From a virus (Duplodnaviria > Caudoviricetes), in the IMG/VR virus record IMGVR_UViG_3300036546_000172, positions 73,943 to 137,942 of that record: a DNA stretch of 64,000 nucleotides, one strand, 5' to 3'. This document shows positions 56,131 to 64,000 of the stretch, piece by piece. Each line of letters begins with the position of its first letter. The stretch's first letter is position 1. The notes below the pieces were generated by a model that saw only the letters and a program-made list of their open reading frames with translations, searched no databases and had not been told where the DNA came from. Both the position numbers and the translations under genes were made by a program.

Positions 56131-56660
56131 ATTTTAAGGAGTTCTTAGAAGAACAATCTCAGAACTCGGTTCTTGATGAGGCTATTAGACCTAAGGAAAC
56201 GCACTTTGGCTCTAACTTTCCTGATGTGGATAATGCTCAGTGGAAGAGTGTGACATATCTTGGTTTCTCATTAACATCTACTGCATTTGATGGTGATGAC
56301 CGATGGGTAGTGGTAGATATTGCACCCGGCAATCATATTATTTTCAGAACATACCCAAAAACATCTTCTATATTGACATTCGATGATCTGGTTAGTAATG
56401 CCAGATACGACAGTCGTAAGATGTTCAGGGGCAACGCTAATGCCATTTCCATCATTAAAAAAGTTCTATACGTTGGACTAACCAGGTTGAAACACGAGTC
56501 TAGTTTTACTTTCTCATCAGAAGATCCGAGTCTGGTTAAACTGTATCGCGCTATTATCAATAGCCGTGCATTTAAAGAAGAGATGAGCAAGCTGAACTTT
56601 GAACCAGTCGAAATAGATGATGGAATCAGCCACATTAAAGTCACGTTTAATAAGAGATAG
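56127..56660 (+). CDS. putative internal head protein
   Basis: MNFKEFLEE N-terminus. Confidence 0.55.
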   Translation: MNFKEFLEEQSQNSVLDEAIRPKETHFGSNFPDVDNAQWKSVTYLGFSLTSTAFDGDDRWVVVDIAPGNHIIFRTYPKTSSILTFDDLVSNARYDSRKMFRGNANAISIIKKVLYVGLTRLKHESSFTFSSEDPSLVKLYRAIINSRAFKEEMSKLNFEPVEIDDGISHIKVTFNKR

Positions 56661-56663
56661 CAT

Positions 56664-57128
56664 ATGAGAAGCTTTAAACAGTTTTTACAAGAAAAAGCAC
56701 CTCCTGGCAAGAAAGCAGAAGAGTGGATCAAAGCTAACAAGGCTGAGTTCAAAGATCGGTACGGTGATGAATGGGAACAGGTGCTTTATGCCAGGGCTTG
56801 GAAGCTCTTTGGTGACAGTATCGAAACCGTAGATGCTGGACTATCAAATATTAACGAGGAATCTGCTGCCGCATCCACAACCACGTCTGGTGTAGCCAGT
56901 CCTGACTCACCACCGATGTTCAACAAGTCTAAGTTCATGGGACATCCGTGCATGGAAGTAGATGACGAGACGTACTCAATGTGTGTCCAGGGTAAGAAGC
57001 CGTTCAGTCGCTGGTCTAAGTACGTCAATGACGAGAATACACGAAACGAACTAAAACAGATGTACCATAAGAACAAACGTGTGCTGATCAAAAACGAGCG
57101 CACTGGTGGTATGGTATTCATCAAGTGA
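56664..57128 (+). CDS. putative internal head protein
   Basis: MRSFKQFLQE N-terminus. Confidence 0.55.
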   Translation: MRSFKQFLQEKAPPGKKAEEWIKANKAEFKDRYGDEWEQVLYARAWKLFGDSIETVDAGLSNINEESAAASTTTSGVASPDSPPMFNKSKFMGHPCMEVDDETYSMCVQGKKPFSRWSKYVNDENTRNELKQMYHKNKRVLIKNERTGGMVFIK

Positions 57129-57134
57129 GGTCAT

Positions 57135-57539
57135 ATGCCCATTCTATCCACGGTTAAAAGGTACGCCACGCTTATTAAATGGAGCGGCATCATCCTACTT
57201 GTACTTGGTGTAGTTTATGCTGTTTATGATTATTCAAAATCCAAGGAAATGCTTAGTCAATTAAATGATGAAAATTCAGAACTTGAATATAGATTGGATA
57301 ATGTCAAATCTCAAATTGATCAACAGACTAAACAGATCACAGCGATTCGGTCTGACTACAAAGAAATAGAATTGACATATTCTAGACAGTTGGAAGAAAT
57401 CAATGAACTTCGGAAGTTGACAGTAGAATATATTCAAAACAATAAGCCTGAAGTTGAACAAGAATTGAACACAAGATTCCAAAATTTGACCGATAGAATG
57501 CAATGTCTAAGTGGAGATAAGTCAAAATGCGGATCATAA
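57135..57539 (+). CDS. i-spanin (Rz-like)
   Basis: N-terminal TM helix plus periplasmic coiled coil with C-terminal Cys. Confidence 0.75.
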   Translation: MPILSTVKRYATLIKWSGIILLVLGVVYAVYDYSKSKEMLSQLNDENSELEYRLDNVKSQIDQQTKQITAIRSDYKEIELTYSRQLEEINELRKLTVEYIQNNKPEVEQELNTRFQNLTDRMQCLSGDKSKCGS

Positions 57540-57847
57540 TTCTAATTGTCTTTGCTGTTCTATTACAAGGTTGCTCACTCTTCAACTTTCTGAAACCACA
57601 AGACGATGACGTGAATTTGCACCCCGATCTTCCTAGACCAATTCAGGGTTTACAAATCAACTGGGCTGTAATAGAATTGCCAAATAGTATCTACGTCGGA
57701 ACAACATATGATGAATACCTAAAATTATTAGAGTATCAAAGTGATCTAATTAGATATTCTGACCAAATAAATAGAACAGTATGTTTTTATAGACAAGATT
57801 TGGAAGAAGATTTTTGTCAAATCTACCAGAAGGAAAAAGAAGAATGA
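57527..57847 (+). CDS. o-spanin lipoprotein (Rz1-like)
   Basis: LQGC lipobox, Pro-rich linker; overlaps i-spanin end. Confidence 0.75.
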   Translation: MRIIILIVFAVLLQGCSLFNFLKPQDDDVNLHPDLPRPIQGLQINWAVIELPNSIYVGTTYDEYLKLLEYQSDLIRYSDQINRTVCFYRQDLEEDFCQIYQKEKEE

Positions 57848-57945
57848 AATCATTTAAAGAATATCTAAACGAAGCCTACACAAGAAAAGGTTGTTAAGAA
57901 GATGGGCAGGTAAAGCCTGGCTAGAAAAGAAGTGATCAATCATAG

Positions 57946-57974
57946 TTGATAAAGAAAGATCAGTAGTTTATAAT
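57946..57974 (+). promoter_or_regulatory. sigma70-type promoter inside a 15-bp inverted repeat
   Basis: TTGATA-N17-TATAAT. Confidence 0.7.
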
Positions 57975-58008
57975 GGCTACTGATCTTTCTTGCTGTATGG
58001 AGCGAATA

Positions 58009-58419
58009 ATGTCTAGATTTATAACTTTCTTTGAAATAGTAACTACATTTATTGTCTTGACTGTGTTCATCAGCTCAGACGGTTACTGGCAAAACCTTTT
58101 TGGTTTGATTGGAATTTGGACTATAATTAGTCTTTTGGTTGTTGGTGGTATAGCCATTCTATATGAAAGTTCACATATGGATGAAACTTATATCAAAAAG
58201 ACTATCATGAATCAAAAAGATATAGTAGCTAGACTGAGAAAATTTCCAGATACATATACACTGATTACATATGGTGTAGTTATTAATATGATCATTGTAC
58301 TCTTTCAGACCAGCCATGTGCTCACGTCCGCATTTACTTTGATCTCATTTCTTTTTATTACCCAACAACTATTTGCGTATAAGAAAAGGTTTATAGATCT
58401 TTACAAGCTGACGAGGTAA
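58009..58419 (+). CDS. multi-pass membrane protein
   Basis: four hydrophobic segments. Confidence 0.65.
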   Translation: MSRFITFFEIVTTFIVLTVFISSDGYWQNLFGLIGIWTIISLLVVGGIAILYESSHMDETYIKKTIMNQKDIVARLRKFPDTYTLITYGVVINMIIVLFQTSHVLTSAFTLISFLFITQQLFAYKKRFIDLYKLTR

Positions 58420-58424
58420 CTTCT

Positions 58425-58805
58425 ATGGAAGGTCAAGATCATAGCTGTTTGACAGAAGCTATCTATCACGAAGCTCGAGGTGAATCTTTTGATGGACAGC
58501 TATACGTAGGCTTCGTTATAAGAAATCGTGTTGAAAATTCACGATTCCCTAATGACTTTTGCTCTGTAATCAAAGAACCGTGGCAGTTCTCGTATAATCA
58601 CGTGTTGAATTCATTTGAATTGACAGATAAGCGCGCTGCAGAACTGGCGCATCAGGCCGCTTACATGGTTATTCACACTGACCGGTTGCCAATTTCTCCG
58701 TATGTTCTATACTACCATACCACGGATATTAAACCGAAGTGGGACTATGACAAGATACGAGAGTATGCTGTTGTAGGTAATCACATCTTCTATGAGGAAC
58801 TATGA
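58425..58805 (+). CDS. cell wall hydrolase (SleB/Hydrolase_2)
   Basis: CLTEAIYHEARGE, NRV, QFS and GNHIFY motifs. Confidence 0.9.
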   Translation: MEGQDHSCLTEAIYHEARGESFDGQLYVGFVIRNRVENSRFPNDFCSVIKEPWQFSYNHVLNSFELTDKRAAELAHQAAYMVIHTDRLPISPYVLYYHTTDIKPKWDYDKIREYAVVGNHIFYEEL

Positions 58806-59023
58806 TGTACATAGATGTTAATTTGCAGATTGAGAGGCTGAAGAAAGAGCAAGAGTTTGATACCTATTTAGAAGCTGTGTCCTTCTTTCTAGAGAATGAG
58901 ACGGATGAAGAACCGATTCGGGTGGCCAAACTCCTCAATAAGAAGATCATCGAAGAGATTCAACAGGAAGCTGGCGCTCTGGGCATGCTTAAAACCGACG
59001 AGCCAGCTATCACCGTTCTATGA
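58802..59023 (+). CDS. 33: late transcription coactivator (T4 gp33-like)
   Basis: IE...YLEA...EA..LGML pattern; 33-59-32 synteny. Confidence 0.75.
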   Translation: MMYIDVNLQIERLKKEQEFDTYLEAVSFFLENETDEEPIRVAKLLNKKIIEEIQQEAGALGMLKTDEPAITVL

Positions 59024-59607
59024 AAGGACTCACAGCCTACCATACTCATCTGGCATTAAACTTACATTTCAGTGACACTCCATATGATTGCGTGAAATAT
59101 GGGTTTAAGACCCGTGGTGGTGAAGAATCGTTTAAGAAGAACCGATATCGATGGCAGTATATCGGTCTTGAAAATAAGGTTGAAGATCTGCGATATTGTA
59201 TGTTTAAGGTCTTTGAGCAAAACGATTTCAAATACGTATCTGCTGTGCAGTTGTTTAAGCAGGCGCGTTCATATTATAATGACACACCTAGGCTGTTCAT
59301 TGAGACTCAGTTCATCGCAGATTTGAAGAGTTTAAGTCAAAAGTACGATGATAAGACAAACCTGTTCGCTTTGAACGACTTGTACCCTAACATCTACCAC
59401 GAATACAAGGACGCTTGCATTTCTTTTGAGACGTTTCTCATTCTAAATGCATTCATCAAGGACGTGATACATAATGACAGCAGAGACATAATTGCTTGGC
59501 CTAGCTTTGTATCCAAGTGCGATTCTGTACTGCCTATGATCCAGTTATTCCACGATCGTAGGAAGATAGAACATGCATTTGCAACAAACTATCTCCAAGT
59601 CGTCTAA
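59020..59607 (+). CDS. 59: helicase loader (T4 gp59)
   Basis: ALNLHF..YD..KY pattern, ISFETF; synteny. Confidence 0.8.
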   Translation: MKGLTAYHTHLALNLHFSDTPYDCVKYGFKTRGGEESFKKNRYRWQYIGLENKVEDLRYCMFKVFEQNDFKYVSAVQLFKQARSYYNDTPRLFIETQFIADLKSLSQKYDDKTNLFALNDLYPNIYHEYKDACISFETFLILNAFIKDVIHNDSRDIIAWPSFVSKCDSVLPMIQLFHDRRKIEHAFATNYLQVV

Positions 59608-59638
59608 GCTGAATCCAAACCCAAATGAGGAAAACAGA

Positions 59639-60604
59639 ATGGCAAAACTTGCACAGTTGAAAAAGAAGCGCGGCGCTAATCTCAAGGCACTGCAACAGAA
59701 GATGGAAAACGCCGGAGGCAATTCACGCCCACGTGATGAGCGTATCTGGAAGCCTAAGTTCAATACTGACAAAGGCAAGGGTATGTGCATTGTGCGCTTC
59801 CTGCCGGCATCTGAGGGCGATCCGTTCGTGGAGCAGTTGTCCTACAGCTTCAACGGTCCGGGCGGTAACTTCTATGGACTGGCGCGTCAGACTATTGGTG
59901 AAGATGACCCGGTGCAGATTGCAGCGATCAACGCTTTCCGTAAGGCTAAAGCTGAAGATGACAAGTCGTTGAAAGAAATGGCTAAGAAGTTCCTACCTCG
60001 TCGTCAGTATTTCGCCAACGTCTACATTGTTAAGGATCAGGAAGTACCGGAAAACGAAGGTAAGGTGTTCATCTGGCAATTTGGACCGGCTATCTACAAC
60101 AAGATCAAAGATCGGATTCAACCGGAATTTGACGATGTTGAACCTATGGATCCTTTCGATCTGTGGGAAGGTGCTGACTTCAAGATCCGGATGGTAGCTA
60201 ATGAAATTCCAGACAACCGTGACGGTAAGATGATCAAGGTTCCTAACTACGACAACTCCGAATTTGATTCAGTGTCTGAGTTCATGGACGGTGATGAAGA
60301 TGTGCTGGAAGAGATTGTAGAAAAGACCTATGATCTGTCTGAATTTGTGAATCCTGAGAAGTTTGATAGCTATGAGAAAGTAGCCGAACGCTTCAAGACA
60401 GTGATGGGCAAACCTCATAACTGGCTGACTAAAGAAGGTGTGGAAGAGCACGTGGAAGAACAGGTGCAGCAACAGACCATGGATGATAAGCAAGACAATG
60501 ATTCTGGAGTGGATCAGCACCGAGAAGAAGTGCATAATGAGCCGGAAGACAATAGTGACGATGATCCCGTCGCGCGTTTCCGTCGACTGGCTGGTAAAGG
60601 CTGA
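59639..60604 (+). CDS. 32: single-stranded DNA-binding protein (T4 gp32)
   Basis: DERIWKP, VRFLP, NEGKVF, PFDLWEGADF, NYD motifs; acidic tail. Confidence 0.95.
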   Translation: MAKLAQLKKKRGANLKALQQKMENAGGNSRPRDERIWKPKFNTDKGKGMCIVRFLPASEGDPFVEQLSYSFNGPGGNFYGLARQTIGEDDPVQIAAINAFRKAKAEDDKSLKEMAKKFLPRRQYFANVYIVKDQEVPENEGKVFIWQFGPAIYNKIKDRIQPEFDDVEPMDPFDLWEGADFKIRMVANEIPDNRDGKMIKVPNYDNSEFDSVSEFMDGDEDVLEEIVEKTYDLSEFVNPEKFDSYEKVAERFKTVMGKPHNWLTKEGVEEHVEEQVQQQTMDDKQDNDSGVDQHREEVHNEPEDNSDDDPVARFRRLAGKG

Positions 60605-60607
60605 TTC

Positions 60608-60633
60608 AGAGGGGGCCTAAGCCCCCTCTTTTT
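60608..60633 (+). terminator. intrinsic terminator
   Basis: AGAGGGGGC-CTAA-GCCCCCTCT followed by a T run. Confidence 0.85.
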
Positions 60634-60849
60634 AATGAGGTGTGATATGAACAAAATGTACTTCCGCGACCGTAATCAAAACCTGCGACTGATCATCGCC
60701 GAACAAGAAGTAGATCTCAACAAACAGAAGCAACTCAAACACTACATCGAATCTGAGACAAACATTCAGGTATTCTCACCCATCCTGTCTGTAGTTAAGT
60801 AGTGGCATAATCAACTCATAGATGTTATTATGGTAAAAACGCTGAGAGG

Positions 60850-61041
60850 TTGCTTATGAAATTCTTAGTTATGGTCCTGTGTGTATTGTCATTGGTTGGG
60901 TGTGGTGACTCAGATTACAATCCATCTAAGGAGTACTGTGACATGTGGAAGATCTGGCACGATTCCAATGGTGAGTATGGGTGGCCGGATGTGAATAATC
61001 GATACGGAGATGAGTGTCATGTTGACATGGAAATGCAGTGA
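60850..61041 (+). CDS. small lipoprotein
   Basis: LVGC lipobox. Confidence 0.6.
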   Translation: MLMKFLVMVLCVLSLVGCGDSDYNPSKEYCDMWKIWHDSNGEYGWPDVNNRYGDECHVDMEMQ

Positions 61042-61196
61042 GAAGATGAGTGGGTATATACTGGAGGTCAATTCTGGCGACCTCCATTATTCATATTACA
61101 TTGATCGTTATCGTTACAATGCACTACCATCCAAACACGAATGGTTTGATTGTACCATTGCTCTCATGACACGATACATCACATCAGCCATGGAGC

Positions 61197-61715
61197 ATGA
61201 TCATGACTGACAAATACACTGAATCACTGACCCAATCCATATTAGCTCAACAATTCTGCATCAAGAAGAATCACGAGATGGTTGTACCTAATATCAAGTG
61301 CATCCACGGTTGGTGGGAAGCTGATCTGCTATCACTGACGAAGTCTAATTTGATTCATGAATTCGAGATAAAGTGTTCAAGAGCAGACTGGAAGAAAGAG
61401 CTGAATCAGATCAATGGAATTGGTCATCCCGGGCGCAAACTGTATCGTCATCGAATGATCACTGAGCAGTTTCACAGTGATGATGATCTGGATGTCAGTC
61501 CTAATTACTTCTGGGTTGTAGCACCGTCTGGCATTGTTCAGTTAGATGAGTTATCATTGTGGTGTGGTTATATTGAAGTATACGAGCACCAAGGTCAGCA
61601 AAAGATCAAGATTGTGAAATCAGCATCTCGATTGCATGCATATAAGGCTAGAGACAAAGTGATCATGTCTATGGCTCGTGGGTTGAATTATCGGTTATGG
61701 AGTATGAAGAAATGA
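61197..61715 (+). CDS. PD-(D/E)XK nuclease-like (MmcB-like) protein
   Basis: EADLL...EFEIKCSRADW, PNYFW. Confidence 0.7.
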   Translation: MIMTDKYTESLTQSILAQQFCIKKNHEMVVPNIKCIHGWWEADLLSLTKSNLIHEFEIKCSRADWKKELNQINGIGHPGRKLYRHRMITEQFHSDDDLDVSPNYFWVVAPSGIVQLDELSLWCGYIEVYEHQGQQKIKIVKSASRLHAYKARDKVIMSMARGLNYRLWSMKK

Positions 61716-62080
61716 AAGATTTTGCTTATTACGGCGGTGAAGGTTTAACATTTCCAGCAAGACCGCGCAAGCCAACTACACCAAAGACTCAATCATCAGA
61801 GAATATCAGGCGCTATGCTGATGAGCTAGAAGTATATGAAGGCCTCTTTGAGGATTACGTAGCCTTGAGAAAAGAGTACTATAAGATTTTAAATGCCCGT
61901 GATATTGAGTTCCGCAATGATCTTCATTCAGAATATTGCCCAGAACTAACAGACGCTGTATTTAACGTGATTTTTAATAAGGCATGGGAAGATGGTCACA
62001 GTAGCGGACATTATCGTGTAGCTGAATTAGTTGAGGAATTAGCAGATTTCGCTCTTGAAATTATGGAGAAAATGAAATGA
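61697..62080 (+). CDS. hypothetical protein
   Basis: AWEDGHSSG; coupled ORF. Confidence 0.65.
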   Translation: MEYEEMKDFAYYGGEGLTFPARPRKPTTPKTQSSENIRRYADELEVYEGLFEDYVALRKEYYKILNARDIEFRNDLHSEYCPELTDAVFNVIFNKAWEDGHSSGHYRVAELVEELADFALEIMEKMK

Positions 62081-62652
62081 ATTATGAACTCGAATGTGTT
62101 AGCTCAGGAGATGATCAATTTGTAGTTGGTCAAAGATATCAGATTATCAAAAGTTTAGGTCGCGGAATGTTTGTAGTCGCAAACAAACAAAAATACAAAG
62201 TTTCTGTTCACGTACAAGGACAGAAATATAAGTTCAGATTGAGTTGGAATAAACCTTTGACACCAAGAATGCTTGGCTGCTTTGATGAAGTCTCTGAGAT
62301 TTTAGGAGAAGAAAGGGCCGAGTATGAACTGTATAGAGTCATTGATCAATGTGCATCACTAACCGATGAAGACTATAATCCTATGAACAACCTTTTGGAT
62401 TGCTTTGATTGGAGTGAGTCACCACAAGGGCATGACTATTGGATGGATGTGTATAATGGTGTTGTCCCAAAATCTCAAAGTATCGCTATTGAGTTTGCAA
62501 AAAATGAAATGCTGAAGTCTTACTGTGAAGCAATTCGAGAAGCTGGTGGTGATGTAGAACTGTTCATTGAAGACATTGATACAATGACAGTTGGTGAAAT
62601 GATCAACCGCCTTGCTCAGAATGATATTCGGTTTACCTATACTGGGAGCTAA
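62077..62652 (+). CDS. hypothetical protein
   Basis: FDWSESPQGHDYW motif; GGAG RBS. Confidence 0.65.
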   Translation: MNYELECVSSGDDQFVVGQRYQIIKSLGRGMFVVANKQKYKVSVHVQGQKYKFRLSWNKPLTPRMLGCFDEVSEILGEERAEYELYRVIDQCASLTDEDYNPMNNLLDCFDWSESPQGHDYWMDVYNGVVPKSQSIAIEFAKNEMLKSYCEAIREAGGDVELFIEDIDTMTVGEMINRLAQNDIRFTYTGS

Positions 62653-62655
62653 GAT

Positions 62656-62889
62656 ATGTGTGTAATGCTACTATATTTGTCGATAGGCTTTGTATTTGGG
62701 CTTAGTTGTATTATCTTCAATTCCGAATCATACACTGTCAAAGAGATTATTGGTGAGATGGCAATGGCTATTGTTCTGTGGCCTCTAGGTATTATTGTTG
62801 CCCTGATAATGGTTCTACAAGACGCTATCTCGTGGGTAGACAATAACAAAATTATGAATATGACAGTGAAGAAAGGAAAGCAGAAATGA
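62656..62889 (+). CDS. membrane protein
   Basis: two hydrophobic segments. Confidence 0.55.
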   Translation: MCVMLLYLSIGFVFGLSCIIFNSESYTVKEIIGEMAMAIVLWPLGIIVALIMVLQDAISWVDNNKIMNMTVKKGKQK

Positions 62890-63407
62890 AAGATCGTAAA
62901 GTTCTTTGGGATAAACCCATCGGTGAAATGTTCTTATTCAACAATGAAGATGAGGTCAAGCTATTCTTCTGTAAGCTTGCTCTTGATCCAGAAACCATGG
63001 AAGATCTAGGCGTTGGAATTGATCATAATGATGAAGAGTGGTTTGTTGATTCTGGCGAAGTCTTTGTTGCTCCTATTTTTGATACAAATCCGTACATGGG
63101 TTATAGCAGGGAGAAGTATGCCGCGCTTGATGACGAATGGCATTATAAACCAACAGATTTCAAATTAAATCCAGAAATCTATCGCAACTATCCAATCGTG
63201 GCTTATCTACTTATCGAAGATTCATTTGACCGATTTGGCGATGTCAAGAATAAAATCGTCAATATACAGCCACTGAGTGAGATAACAACAGTTGGTAAAG
63301 CACTCGACACCGAAAAAGAATATCACGAAATTTGGAAGAAGAATCTTGAAGATGCTCTGGAATGGGAAGCACTTAGAGATGAGACATTTGGCGGTGATGT
63401 ATATTGA
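62886..63407 (+). CDS. hypothetical protein
   Basis: ATGA overlap; 173 aa. Confidence 0.65.
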   Translation: MKDRKVLWDKPIGEMFLFNNEDEVKLFFCKLALDPETMEDLGVGIDHNDEEWFVDSGEVFVAPIFDTNPYMGYSREKYAALDDEWHYKPTDFKLNPEIYRNYPIVAYLLIEDSFDRFGDVKNKIVNIQPLSEITTVGKALDTEKEYHEIWKKNLEDALEWEALRDETFGGDVY

Positions 63408-63437
63408 CACAACACCACCAAAACCTCACATATTAAA

Positions 63438-64000
63438 CTACACAATATCTGTTATCAGTCCGTTTGTCACAGTAATTGTTTTGCCATCGGATGATGTAAA
63501 TGTTCCACTTGCACCACTTATTTTTGAGTCAACTTCATCAATCGCCGCTTGTGTATCTGTTGCGGTTAGACCGCTTGTCGTGTTATCATAAACAATATCC
63601 ACAGCATCATGTGCAGTTGTTGATGCCAAATGATTATCAAGATTTTGATCAATCTCATCAATTGCAGCTTGAGAATTAGTTGCTGTCAAACCAGAAGTTG
63701 TGTTATCATAAACAATCTCAAAAGCATCATGTGCCGTGGTTGAATTGATATGATCAGATAGTCCGGTCTCATTTGTATCCAATCGGCCCTCAACTTCATC
63801 AATTGCAGCTTGAGAATTAGTTGCTGTCAAACCAGAAGTTGTGTTATCATAAACAATCTCAAAAGCATCATGTGCTGTACTTGAAGCCAAATGATCATCA
63901 AGATTTTGGTCAACTTCATCCAATGCTGCTTGAGAATTAGTTGCAGTCAAACCCGATGTTGTATTGTCATACACGATTTCAAATGCATCATGGGCTGTAC
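63438..64000 (-). CDS. C-terminal part of a repetitive virion/fibre-like protein (5' end outside window)
   Basis: open to window end; four AHDAxEIVYDNTTSGLTATxxQAAIDE repeats; C-terminal GTFTSSDGKTITVTNGLIT. Confidence 0.75.
   Translation of the reverse strand, partial: TAHDAFEIVYDNTTSGLTATNSQAALDEVDQNLDDHLASSTAHDAFEIVYDNTTSGLTATNSQAAIDEVEGRLDTNETGLSDHINSTTAHDAFEIVYDNTTSGLTATNSQAAIDEIDQNLDNHLASTTAHDAVDIVYDNTTSGLTATDTQAAIDEVDSKISGASGTFTSSDGKTITVTNGLITDIV

Noticed and set aside
699-56752. Numerous 60-200 aa minus-strand ORFs
   Set aside because: They are shadows of well-supported + strand genes or tRNAs, with no recognisable motifs.
1-64000. CRISPR array, rRNA, integrase or IS element
   Set aside because: No spaced direct-repeat array or such genes seen; the repeats at 63.4-64 kb are protein-coding.

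Overview
A 64-kb segment of a large T4-like (Tevenvirinae-type) myovirus genome, almost entirely + strand. It holds the replication and recombination core (gp47, gp46, gp45, gp44, gp62, regA, a PIF1-like helicase, gp43 with a mini-intein, a uvsX fractured by a natural split intein, gp41, gp33, gp59, gp32), rIIA/rIIB, spanins and an RpoH-like sigma factor. Accessory modules are an RNA-repair set (Rnl1, PNK, phosphatase, plus a second RNA ligase), a NARP1-like NAD+ reconstitution module with a macrodomain, and a complete 7-deazaguanine DNA-modification cluster (queE, queD, folE, dpdA, formyltransferase, kinase, queF, queC, GATase, dUTPase-like) directly upstream of the polymerase. The least explained part is the non-coding tRNA island at about 16.0-19.0 kb. 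Besides 11 tRNA genes it contains a 385-nt ornate RNA closed by a perfect 24-bp stem, a tRNA-Arg(UCU)-like element with a 27-nt anticodon insertion and an extended acceptor stem, an H-type pseudoknot, and a leader-peptide attenuator in front of the tRNAs. A pseudoknotted, riboswitch-like leader precedes folE. All family assignments come from motif recognition by eye and all RNA pairings were derived by hand; no database searches or folding were run, and the host cannot be determined.
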